Under the pieces are notes generated by a model. The model had not been told where the DNA came from, made no database searches, and saw only the letters and a program-made list of their open reading frames with translations. DNA of 64,000 nucleotides from the human T2T-CHM13v2.0 reference genome, Homo sapiens: NCBI RefSeq assembly GCF_009914755.1, contig NC_060942.1; one strand, written 5' to 3'. Of this stretch, positions 29,820 through 42,005 are shown one piece after another; positions within the stretch are counted from its first letter, which is position 1, and each line of letters begins with the position of its first letter. A program made the position numbers and the translations under genes.

Positions 29820-30310
29820 TTCCAAGAGAGTTGATTGCTTTTAAGTCTACCAAATTATACACGCCCGTGTGAGTACAGACTGCATTAAAGCAGTCCTCTT
29901 TAGAGGTCACATTTCCCATTGATGCTGACCCTTCATCAAATGCTTTTGGAGTTCCTCTTTTGGAATTGTACTCAGAGCTTACAACACATTCAGGAAAATC
30001 CTCAGAGAATAACCTTAGTTCTTTGACAGTGGGTTTGATTTTCAAAAAGAAAGTTACGTAGCATTTGGTATAGTGATTAAAATGGGTGCTGAATCTGGTT
30101 AATGGAATTCTGAGCTAAACATGAGGCATGATTACAAATGATTGCTACTGCTCCACAGGACATTTAAGAAGGACTTTGCACCAATGGGACCTTTGTTAAA
30201 ATGAGCATATAAACTTCCAAAGAACCTATCTTGAGGGACAATATTCATTTGTCTGCATAAGTTATGGCATTGACATTTTAACAAACAACACTTTATAATT
30301 CCTAGCAGTA
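29820..30310. mobile_element. MARNA-like ancient mariner-derived element
   Basis: ttttggagttcctcttttggaattgtactcagagc...ctttgacagtgggtttgatttt...gagggacaatattcatttg match recalled consensus. Confidence 0.6.
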
Positions 30311-31044
30311 CAACGTTGAAGGCTGGTTAAGGTTTGCTGTCCCGAATGTGTCTCTGAGAGCCATTCTGTTTCTGCTAAGCTAGGGCTCTTTTCTGAGTCC
30401 TCTCAGCCACAGGGCGGGGCCGAGCCTCACGGTAGGCCCGCCTTTTTCAGCACCATCTCCCAAAATCTGCCCTGAGTTCCCACCTTTCTTCTAGCCTGCG
30501 TGGAAGGCTTCCTATGAAAGCTTCCCCTTTCTTCACACAGCCAGCAGCCTAGAGGCAGCAGGAAATCAAGACTGCTTCAAACAGGTGAAGAAGATGGCCG
30601 TGAAAGCCACAAGGTCATCCCCCTGAAGGTACTAATTTGTTGAAATTTTACTAAAATGAAATGGCTAACAAGTTCACTAAAGAAGACGTATAGCTGAGAG
30701 TCAACAGGAGCAGAGCCAGTGCTACTTTCACCCAAATAAACAAATGATATGCACACACCCCTCAGTTTCAGTAAAGAATCGGTTGGCAGAAGCTTTTCCT
30801 CTCCTGCCCTGACGGCGAGTTTTCTCCATAACTTGCTCCCGGGGTTCCCCTGCGGGTGTCCTCTCCCATCCAGACTGGCTGGCCATTCCCGGGACTAGAC
30901 GGTGCTTAGGGCGATCAGGAGCTCTGATCCGGCCTCATTTTTCTGATCATCAGCTTCCTTTCTTTTTCATACTCTGATTCTAAAGATAAAGATAGAGCCA
31001 GTTTCTCCCCCTTTGGTGTTTCAAATTCCTTTCTCATGACTCTT

Positions 31045-31225
31045 CAGGCAGTACAGTGAAGAGATTAAGTGCACGACGTGGAATTCCGGCCTGTCTCCTT
31101 AATAGCCTTACGATCTACCTCACGGAAGTGTTATGAGGGTGGAATGAGTTAGTGCACATAAAGCCTGTAGCATGGTGCTTGGCCCAGAATAGGCCCTCAG
31201 CGAATGTTAGTTATTATGGTGATGA
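31045..31225 (+). mobile_element. MIR SINE with central deletion
   Basis: atctacctcacggaagtgttatgagggtggaatgagttagtgcacataaagcctgtagcatggtgcttggc. Confidence 0.7.
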
Positions 31226-32059
31226 TTAATACTTCAGTTTCTCTGTGCTCAGCAAACACCACCTCCCTGTGTGGGCACTGCATAATCCCCTCGCCACATA
31301 TATTCAAGGTCCTACCCCTGTCTGCTTATGCTATGGTCTCTAAGGAGGAGCAATGGGGGATGCCTGTCACCTTCCAAGACTTTTATCTGAAACAGGCTTT
31401 ATCTCGTTCTCTTTGGAGATTTTTCCCCGAGGCTCTTTTGTCCCCTATTTCAGAGCTTATTTTGCCTCCCTTTTGTGTTACATTTGCTTCTATAGGGGGG
31501 TAGAGTTGCCCTATTTACAAGAGTAGCTATCACCATGGTAACTTGGTATTTTGATACAGGCATGAAGCATTTCTGAGGGAAAAATAGGTCCCTTATTTTT
31601 CAGCTTTGGCATGTAGATGTATGGGAATCAAAATACTTGCCCAACATTATATATCTGGTTCAAATGTCAAAGCAAAGAAGCAAGTTTTGTGGATATTTTA
31701 AATAAGTATTGAGCAACCACAGCATGGTATCAATTGGGCAGAACATTCTCACAATTAATTCCTGCCGCTTAGGCATGAATGCCTGAAGGCAGCGTGGCGT
31801 ATACTTTGGTGAACTCGTTCTCTGAATGAAAAAAATAATGGTACACATGGTTGGACAATAAAACATTGTGTTCACTCACATTGCAAAACGTGTCAGAGAT
31901 GCCAGGTTGGAGTTTCTGAAATATTTTGATTGTTTTTTGAGAACAAACAAGACAGAACATTCTAAAATCAGCCTGCTGTTTAATGATCAGGGGAATGTGT
32001 TTACTGTATATGTCACTTACTTATACACTGGGCATGGAGTAAGGGAAAGACTGGTATTG

Positions 32060-32840
32060 GGTGTTGAGTGCCTACTGTGGGCCAGGTTCCCTGCTATGAG
32101 CTGCTAACATAGATGAATGAACTGTAATTCCTACCTTTGAGACTTTGCATTTGGTGAGGAAACAAATAATTATAATACAGTGTAATGTGTCTTGATAAAG
32201 ATAGCTACAGAAATGATATGAGGGACAAGGAGGAAATAAGGCCTCATAGAGATGTACTCTGAACTGTTTTAAGGGTGAGCAGATGGTGAAATTAGAGGGT
32301 GTGGACTCTACCCCAGACTACTATAGAGTATCTTTCCAGAGCATGGACTTATTTTACTCTGCCAAACAAGGGCAACAGTAGTTTCTACTTTGGCATGTTC
32401 CGACAACCTAGGGATTCCGGGGACTGGGCTTGGAACTATTTTCAGTTCACTAAATGTGCCATATTTTTGCTTACCTTTGCTCATCTTGTTCCACCTACCT
32501 GAATTCTTCCTGTAGTACCACACCTCCTCTCCATCTGTCTTGTTGGTACATATCCTCTTACCCACTTTTGTGTCCTTCAGGCTTTGGCTGTGGTGTTTCT
32601 TCCTGGGGTAACCTTTGCAGACCCTCACAGAGGGCTTCGTTACTCCTATTTGCTCCTACAATATCCTCTACTTACCTTTCTATTAGTGCTTATAAACATT
32701 TTTTTTTCATTGCCTGTTTTCTGGCTTGGCTCATTCAATTCACTCACCCCGTTCAGTAGGAAACAATGCATATCATTCCGTTTTGTACTCCCAGAGCCTA
32801 ACTTCATGCTTATTAAACAGATGTGTAAATGAATCAATGG
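32060..32840. mobile_element. L2 3' fragments in both orientations
   Basis: ttgagtgcctactgtgggccagg (antisense end); tgcttattaaacagatgtgtaaatgaat (sense end). Confidence 0.5.
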
Positions 32841-33167
32841 AGAGACTTACTATTACAACTGCCCTTCAAGGGAAAGAACTACCTTGTCCCATAATGATGT
32901 TCTCTTGGATTTGTTATAGTCAGTCTTCTGCAAGGTATGGATGGCTAAACAAGATAGATGAAAATCCATGTTTATTTCACTTTGGGGGTAACATTTTATA
33001 ATTTCGAACTTGTAGAAAATTTGCAAGTTTAGTATACGCAAAACCATAAATGTTTATGTGGATTTTAAAAATGGTTTTTATTTTATCCCAATTGCTTTAC
33101 CATCTCTTTGTTCTTCCATTTCTCTGTACATATATGAACTTTTTTTTAAAGTCAATTCATCAATTAT

Positions 33168-33382
33168 CTTTCTTTTTTTTATTATACTTTAAGTTCTAGG
33201 GTACATGTGCACAATGTGCAGGTTTGTTACATATGTATACATGTGCCATGTTGGTGTGTGGCACCCATTAACTCGTCATTTACATTGGGTATATCTCCTA
33301 ATGCTATCCCTCCCCCCTCCCCCCACCCCACAACAGGCCCCGGTGTGTGATGTTCCCCTTCCTGTGTCCAAGTGTTCTCACT
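33168..33382 (-). mobile_element. Short 5'-truncated L1PA 3' end
   Basis: ttattatactttaagttctagggtacatgtgcacaatgtgcagg...cctgtgtccaagtgttctca. Confidence 0.92.
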
Positions 33383-34426
33383 GACAAACGTTTTTTTAAC
33401 CATTTGAGAGTAAATTAGAGACATCATGCCTTTTAACTTCTACATACTTTAGTGTGAATTTCCCATCAAAAAGACGTTCTTTTACTTTAAATCACAGTAA
33501 GATGATCAAAATCTGGAAATTTAATATTGATACAATATGAACAAATAATTAATAGTTTATACTTAAATTTCATCAATTGTACCAATAATGTTCTTTACAG
33601 CTATTTTCCCCAGTCCAGAATCCAATCAAGGATCACATGTTGCACATAGTTATCATGTCACCTTGAGTGTCCTTTAACGTGGAGCTATTTCTCAGCCTTT
33701 CTTTGTCCTTCTTGATCTTCATAGTTTGAAGAATACAGGAAAGTTATTTTGCAAAAAATCCTTCCACATTTGGCTTAGTCTAATGTTTTCTTGTAATTAA
33801 GCACAGGTTATGCTTTTTTTTTTTTTTTTGCCAGGAATACTACAAAAATGAGGCTGCTGTATCTTTTCTGGTGCAGCATGTCAGGAAGCATACGACTTCA
33901 GGTTGTCCCAATATTGGTAATGTTAATTTTGACCACTTGGTTAAGGTGGTGTCTGCAAGCTTTCTCCACTGTAAAGTTTCTATATTTTCTTTGTAGGTAA
34001 CAAGTGATTATACACACATATGTATATAAAGATGTTGTTAGATAGCAAGGTAGGAAGACAGATTATAAACAGATAGCCAGCCATGGACATAGAAGTAGAT
34101 GTAGAGATGTACGTAGACATAGACATGGAAGTATAATTTCTGGATTTTATGTTGAAATGAATGTTTAGGTTTATGAGAAATTGCCACAGTGTTTTCCAAA
34201 GTAGCTGCACCATTTTGTATTCCCACAAGCAATGTATTAGACTTTGAGTTACTCCACATCCTCACCAACATTTTCAATATTTTGTTTTATTATTGTTAGT
34301 TATTTTAAAAGAAATGTAATAGTATCCCATTATTGTTTTCATTTTCATTTGCCTGAAGACTAATGAAATTAAATACAAAACTCCTTTATTACTTTTAGTT
34401 TTTTCACCATTTGGCTGTCCTCTTTT

Positions 34427-35654
34427 TCTTTTTCTTTTTTCTATTTTTATTATACTTTAAGTTCTGGGTACATGTGCAGAACGTGCAGGTTTCTTACATA
34501 GATATACACATGCCATGGTGGTGTGCTGCACCCTTCACCCCATCATCTACATTAGGTATTTCTTCTAATATTATCCCTCCCCTAACCCCCCACCCCCGGC
34601 AGGCCCTGGTGGGTGCTGTTCCCCCTCCCTGTGTCCATGTGTTTTCATTGTTCAACTCCCACTTATGAGTGAGAACATGCAGTGTTTGGTTTTCTCTTCT
34701 TGTGTTAGTTTGCTGAGAATGACAGTTTTCAGCTTCATCCATATCCCTGCAAAGGATATGAACTCATCCTTTTTTATGGTTGTGTACTATTCCATGATGT
34801 AAATGTGCCACATTTTCTTTATCCAGTCTATCATTGATGGGCATTTGGGTTGGTTCCAAGTCTTTGCTATTGTGAACAGTGCTGCAATAAACATACATGT
34901 GCATGTGTCTTTATGGTAGAATGATTTATAATCCTTTGGGTATATACTCAGTAATGGGATTGCTGGGTCAAATGGTATTTCTAGTTCTAGATCCTTGAGG
35001 AGTCGCCACACTGTCTTCCACAATGGTTGAACTAATTTACACTCCCACCAACAGTGTAAAAGCATTCCTATTTCTCCACATCCTCTCCAGCATGTTTTTT
35101 CCTGACTTTTTAATGATCGCTGTTCTAACTGGCGTGAGATGGTATCTCATTGTGGTTTTGATTTGCATTTCTCTAATGACCAGTAATGATGAGCTTTTTT
35201 TCATATTTGTTGACCGCATAAATGTCTTCTTTTGAGAAGTGTCTGTTAATATCCTTCACCCACTTTTTGATGGGGTTGTTTTTTTCTTGCAAATTTGATT
35301 AAGTTCCTTGTAGATTCTGGGTATTAGCCCTTTGTCAGATGGATAGATTGCAAAATTTTTCTCCCATTCTGTATGTTGCCTGTTCACACTTACGATAGTT
35401 TATTTTGCTGTGCAGAAGCTCGTTAGTTTAATTAGATCCCATTTGTCAATTTTGGCTTTTGTTGCCATTGCTTTTGGTGTTTTAGTCATGAAGTCTTTGC
35501 CCATGCCTATGTCCCGAATGGTATTGCCTAGGTTTTCTTCTAGGGTTTTTATGGTTTTAGTCTTACATTGAAGTTTTTAATCCATCTTGAGTTAATTTTT
35601 GTATAAGATGTAAGGAAGGGGTCCAGTTTCAGTTATCTGCATATGGCTAGCCAG
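34427..35654 (-). mobile_element. 5'-truncated L1PA (L1PA6/7-like) with 14-bp TSD
   Basis: ORF2 C-terminus LLHCWWECKLVQPLWKTVWR; TSD GGCTGTCCTCTTTT at 34413-34426 and 35655-35668. Confidence 0.95.
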
Positions 35655-36009
35655 GGCTGTCCTCTTTTGTGAATTGTCTATTCATAATTTTTGCCCATTT
35701 GGATTTTTTTCTGGTCATTTAATTATTGAGTTGTGAGAGTTATCTACTCTGTGTACAAGTTATTTGTTCACATATTTTGAAAATATTTTCTTCTGGGCTG
35801 GTATGCCCATTCATTTTCTTCACAATCTTCTGATGAGTAGAAAATTTTAATTTTGATGTAGCTTGCTTGTCATTTTTTTCCTTTTGTGGTTATTGCTTTC
35901 TGTATCTAAGAAGTATTTTCCTGCCTACTGTAAAGCTATTCTCATATGTTGCTTTCTAGAATATGCATAGTTTTATCTTTTCCATTTAACTCTATGATCA
36001 ATATAGTGT

Positions 36010-36160
36010 TTACGTTATACTGTAGCCTATTAAGTGTGTAGTAACATTATGTCTAAAAATCAATGTACATACTTTAATTTTAAAATATTTAATTGCAAAA
36101 AATGCTAACGATCATCTAAGCCTTCAGCAAGCCATACTTTTTCTGTAGGTAGAGGGTCTT
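36010..36160. mobile_element. Tigger2 fragment
   Basis: tatactgtagcctattaagtgtg...aaatgctaacgatcatctaagccttcagc. Confidence 0.7.
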
Positions 36161-38439
36161 TTGTTTAACTTAAAGTGGAAACCTCCATTTTTAAAGAATA
36201 TTTCAACTGGATATAGAATTCTGGATTGCCAGATTGCAGTTTTCTGCAGTTTGAAGATGTTCCATTGTCTTTGGCTCACATTGTTCCTGAAGGAAAGTTG
36301 ACCTTAATTTATATCTTTGTATACAATGTGTCATTTTAATCTACCTGTTTTCAAAATGTTTCTCCTTATTGTTGGTTTTCAAAAGTTTTATTACAATGTG
36401 TCTAGGTGCAATTTTATGTTCTTAAACTTCTTAGGGGTCACTGAGTTTCCTGGATCTGCAAGTTACATATTTCACAAAACTTGGAAAATATCCTGACCCT
36501 TTCTGTCTCTCCTCTCTAGGACTTCAGTGACATATATGTTAGACCACTTGATGTCCCACATGCCACGGAGAATCTTCTTAAATTTTTTTCTCTCTGTTCT
36601 TCAAATTATATACTCCCTATTGATTTATATTTAAGCGTATTGACTCTTCTACCATCTCTAATATGCTATTAAGCCAATCAGGACATTTTTTATTTCAGAT
36701 ACTGTATCTTTAATTCTAAAATTTCTATCTGCTTCTTTCTCATACTTTCCATCTGTTAATGTATTACTCCACATTTTTCCTTAAAAACATTAACATATTT
36801 ATAATAGCTACTTTAAGGTCCTTGTTCAATAATTCCAATATCTCATTTCTGTGAGAGTTGAGTACTATTAATTGCTTTTTTCTGGGCTATGTGACACATT
36901 TTTTCTGTTTTGGGGGCATATCTAGTAATTTGTTATTATATACTGAGCATTGTGGACGATACGTGGTAGAGATTCTGGATTCTGTTATACTCTTCTGAAT
37001 GTATTTATTTTTGTTCTAGCAAGCAATTTATTATACTCTAAATTCCCTTCTTCCTGTGATGAACAATAGCTGAAACAAAACTTTCTCTCATTCTTCCAGT
37101 TCTTAATTCTAGTTAATCTTTTAGAGACTCCCTGTGTATGTTTAGATCAGCAAAGTTTATTCACACATTTTTGTGACATGTTCCTCTGACCTGGGACTTC
37201 TCAGTATTCTACCATCTGGCAGTCCTGATTCCTAACCTCTGACTTCTTGAATAAGACCAAGGCTTTCTGCTTATGCTTAAGTGGCTCCAGGCATGGGACT
37301 GGATGTGTCCTCAAGCAAAATGCTACATAAACAAAATCTCACCTAGTGCTCTTCTTTTTCAAAGACCAATCCTTCTCCAGTTTTTGCTTGCTTTTGATTT
37401 GTCCCCAGTGCTGATAGTTGCCTATAGTTTAGAATCATTATATAAAGGAAAGTTAGTCCTATATTAACTACTTTGCAGTTACCAAAAGTGAAATCTGCCA
37501 AAATGAACCTTATTATGCACTCAGGTCCTCTGCATGAAATAAGACAAAGATCCATTAATCAATTTATACCAGATATTAGGGATTCTGTCTAGATTTATTC
37601 TTTGTTTTCTAATATATCTTTGGGTAATTTTATCTGTAGCCATGACCTCCACTGACCCCTATTATCTCCTATATTAATGTCTTTTAAATCTTTAGCTTTA
37701 GACTTTATCATTCTTCTGTGATCCAAGTCTTGATTTCCAATTATCCTCCCATTCATATCCATAAGACAGCATTTTCTTTGTAAAATTTTGTCCATCCATG
37801 ACCAGCAGAGACTGATACCCCAACTGTGTGTTCCTGAAGCAATGTATTTCTGCTTCGATCTAATCACTTGTCAATATCTAATTTCGATTTTAGGTAGTTT
37901 CATACACTCGTTTCCCCAAATATACTGTAAACTCCTTGATGCCATATGCCATGCCTTATTTATCTTCCTATCATTAGTGCCCAGATCAGTTATTTTATTC
38001 AAAAATGTTTGTTGAAAACAGATTTCAAAAGGAGCAAATATTTGCATCATTTTTGGCAATATAAAAGGATGCTATTGTCTCCCCCAAAAAAGCCGTTTGT
38101 TTCCTACAAAGTTAAAATGCTTAGATTTTCAGTAGGCCTCTCCAGGAGGCTTTGAGGAATATGAGAGAAGTGACACACTATGACCCACTGCTTGTAAGGA
38201 CACTTTTAAAGACAAATATTTAATTTTGAATTTGATTAGATATTGATATTTACCTAACTCTTAGTAAAGGGGAAGTAAGCCTTTCTTTAAAAAAAGAAGT
38301 AATTCAATACATTCAAATTGTGAGTCGTATACACTCTTGGAAGTGTTGTATAATATGTTATCACTTTTTGATATAAATGTAAGGGGCTGCTCATGTGGAA
38401 AGTGGTCATTTTCCAAGCTCTCTCTTTCTCATAAAGAAG

Positions 38440-38615
38440 TAGTATAATAATAATAAAAATAGCACATGCTATATTTGTTGAATTCTTACTGTATATTTGA
38501 GGCATTGTCCAAAATGCTTCACCTATATTAACTCATCTAATACTCAGAACAATGCTACAGAAATGTATGGTTATTATTATTATTTCCTCAGTTGAAGAAA
38601 TTGTGACTTAAGCAG
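38440..38615 (-). mobile_element. MIR SINE fragment
   Basis: ataatagcacat...tattaactcatctaatactcagaacaa...cagttgaagaaattg. Confidence 0.6.
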
Positions 38616-41600
38616 TAGTAAGCTGAAGATATTTTACAGTCTTAGCTTTTGTGATCAAGAACAAACTCTATGGGTATAGAATATAATCCCTCTGCATACT
38701 TATTTCTGATACCTTTATTTTACCAACTCATTGCTCCTTCAATACCTTGTGTTTGCCTTTCAGCCATATCATGCATCATCATTTTACCAGTGACAAGTTA
38801 CCTAAAATCCAATTTTTCTTTATGCTTACAAATACTCCCCAATTTCAGCAAATATTCTCTTTTCTCCATCACTGCAGTGAGCTTCTGTTTTGTCCTTTTA
38901 ACTGTTGCACTTGCCTGTCATTAATACTCCTTTTGACTTGAAGAAATCATCTTTTTCAATCATAAGAACCTGATGAAGCAATTTATGTCCCCAAAACAAC
39001 AATCCTCAAGTTGTTTTTAGTTGGCTGTTCTTCGTGTGAATTATGTGTAATGGTATATTGATGTTAGCTGATATCTAATAGGGATTGGTTTGACACTACC
39101 AATCTCATTTCTTTTAGGTACTTAGGTCCTTAGGTCCTAAGACCTGAGTGGAGATGATAGGACCTTTGTTTTTTTGGTTTATCGTGTCACCAGTTGCTTA
39201 ATATTTGAGGTTTACTTTTTATAAAAAATACAGTAAAAAATTTTTGCAGCTTATAAGATATTCTTTACTTGGTTATAGGGAAGTGGTACTATTGCTGAGC
39301 TCATGAAGAGCAATTAAATAACAATAATTCACTAACATTTCAAAATTAGGCATCATCGTTTTTCTCACATTAAAACTAGTATAGTTAGTCTTAAGTAGCT
39401 CATCATTTTGTTATGGGGAGATTTGTACACATTTAAATCAGTGTTTTAGTTAAATGTAAATTAGTATTTTTATTTTAAACTGCAAAGAGCTGGCACTCAC
39501 TCAGAAATATGGAAATGGCAACCAATAAAAGGAAAATGGTTTTCTTCTCTGAGATACCTATATGAGAAAATATTGTTAACAATAATGGGAGTGAGTTGTT
39601 CACATGGAGAGGGCATTATGCCCACAAGTACTCTTGAGGCAACATGACAAACTTGCCTGTTTCTAAAGTTCTGATTTATGTAGTGCCTTATTCACTGTGC
39701 AACAATATCAGTCTCTGAAGTGCATCCTATAATTATACCAGCAATAACCATTTCTTTTTGTTTATAAAAATAACAGTGAGTGAAGAGCTGAGATGTAATT
39801 TCCTGAAGCAAAGATCTTGAAAATTGATAACATCTTTGTAACTCTTCATGTATCATTTTCAAATTCAGTTCATAAGGTCAATATTTGTTTGTTAATGAGT
39901 TCTCAACAATGTCAGCCCAGAAAGTGACAGAAAATCACACGTATATCTAATGAATATGTAAAAATATCAAAATATAATGTCAATTCAATTATTCACAGTA
40001 ATTGAAGGATTAAGATGTCCTATTTCATTGTGTTTTCTGGTTACATGAAACTTGATCCATTTGTGCTAGATGTATGAACCAGTTAACTTACTATGTCTCA
40101 TTGAGTTACTTACTATGTCACTGAGTAGACATTAACCAACCACAAGTCTTCAATTTAGAAATCAAAATATCCATTGTACGGTCAATATTCTTTGAGAAAG
40201 TATGACAAAAACAGAAACGTAAAGATTCTACCAAATACCATAAGTATAAAAGAGTAATGGCCCAGAAAAATGATTTTCATTATTTCAAATATAAATTTAA
40301 CTCAAAATTTGATGCAAAAAAGTTTTGGAAAACAACTAGATAATTTTGAATTTATGTAATCTTATTTAAAGAGGTGGTGATAAAAATGCAAATATGAAAT
40401 TGGCTCTAGCTCTCTTTAGCTAACAGAATAAATCTTAGTTGAATCATTTATCCCCCTTTATACATATTCATATTCTTGCTGTAGCCTGAAAACTCAGAGG
40501 TAAAAAAGTAAGGCCTTTAGAGGTATCTAGGACACAATTGGCAAACAGATTAAAAGTCATAATAGTTGGCAAAGTGCCTTCTTCACGTCTCTTTCTCATT
40601 GCCTATGCTTATCTCCATATGGTGCCTCTGTTTCAAGCTAGGCACTATCTCGTCTTCCCCAAATGAAGCAGAATCAAATTTATATTTCATTTTAATCTGC
40701 TTATTCTAAGAAATTAATGCCACCTGCCCCACATGCAGACTGACATGCCTTCGTTTGGGTGAACTGTTAACATAATATCTGACTTTCCCTTGTCAGATGA
40801 CATATTTATTTTTTGGTTTTCTTATGTAAGAGAGACTATGTTTACTAGAAACTTTTCTACCATCCCTTTATGACAGTTGACTGGTATTATGTACATAAAT
40901 CAAACATTTAAATTAAATTTACTTTTCATTTTGCAAGAAATTCCTATGCCAGACTCTGGGGATTATGAACCAATTAACCTTTCTTGATTTCTCTTGAATA
41001 CTTCTTGGTTCCTATTTATATTTCTTAGCACTCCTGTGGTCATAGGTTTAAAAAAATCACCTGAATAGTTTTAAGCAAAGAGTCCAATTTAGTGCAAGGA
41101 CTTAGAGTTCTCTTTTGTAAGCTATACACAGCAATGGGGTTGGCACTGAGGAATGTCTGAGAAAGAGGCACTGGACTGCCTGCCTTGAAAAACTCAGCTG
41201 TCTCCTATCATTTCTGCGTCTCTGTGCAGTTGCTGAGTCTCCAGTTGCAGACCAGCTCTTTTTGTTCAGTTCATATGATGGAAAATGGCTATTGAATAAC
41301 TCCATGTTCGTGTTGCCTTCATTAAGAGATGAGCATGACAGAGTTGAAGCCTTGCTTGCAACTACATATTTTCAGAGTCAAACTAGGATCAGCTGCATAT
41401 ACTTTGGCCTGAAAGCTGAATCATGTCAGACAAACATAGCTGTTGCTGTGGTAAACCATGTAAATGGTGGGAGGACCTTTGAAAGCAATACAAGATGCCT
41501 TGATTTTAACTCTTATATTAATTATATGAAGTTTTGACTTACCAAAGAGATAAATTAGGTTGATCACTTCTATTCATCAATTTTTAGTATCTATCAATGA

Positions 41601-41756
41601 TCAATTAAATATCATTCAAATAAATCTAGAGCTGTATTTAAGGGAAAGTTAGATTTGGCTTTGGCTTGTAATCATGCCTTTTAAATCCTACTGCTTATGA
41701 TCCAGATATATTAATAATATTTGCCCACTTGGAATCATATTTACTAGGAAGCCAGA

Positions 41757-42005
41757 TAATATATTCATGCATTTTTTATTTTAGAGATAAATAATACTAT
41801 GCTGCAATATTGCTGAAAATGCAAGTACATAGGTTCACATGTAGTTGTAACTCTAAAATATTAATTGTTGACCCTGGCACTCTTCTCTGATGTAATGTGG
41901 TTCATACTCATTAGGTCCAAAGGCAGGCATGATAGATGCATTGCTGAGATCATGGTGCCCACGAAGCCAAGGTCATAGGTGTAAGCTCTGTATGGGCCAG
42001 GTTTT
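41757..42005 (-). other. CDH2: Candidate alternative terminal exon of CDH2 (coding 42005-41973, KTWPIQSLHL*)
   Basis: Acceptor cttttcattttttttctacag|AAAACC; in-frame TGA; AATAAA 41780-41775; use of the exon is inferred, not shown. Confidence 0.45.
41925..42005 (+). mobile_element. MamSINE1-like tRNA-derived SINE head
   Basis: gaagccaaggtcataggtgtaagctctgtatgggccag resembles recalled gaggccaaggtcgtgggttcaatccccgtatgggccag. Confidence 0.5.

Larger units (their letters stand above)
33390..37420 (-). mobile_element. Fragmented old L1MC/ME (3' UTR to ORF1) hosting an L1PA and a Tigger2 piece
   Basis: ccagaatccaatcaaggatcacatgttgca; tttgaccacttggttaaggtggtgtctgc; antisense ORF1-like 36190-37000. 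Confidence 0.6.

Noticed and set aside
34787-35219. L1 ORF2 C-terminal ORFs
   Set aside because: Part of a 5'-truncated, frameshifted L1PA; not an active element
40083-40126. Short tandem duplication (acttactatgtc...tgagt x2)
   Set aside because: Ordinary slippage duplication with no functional cue
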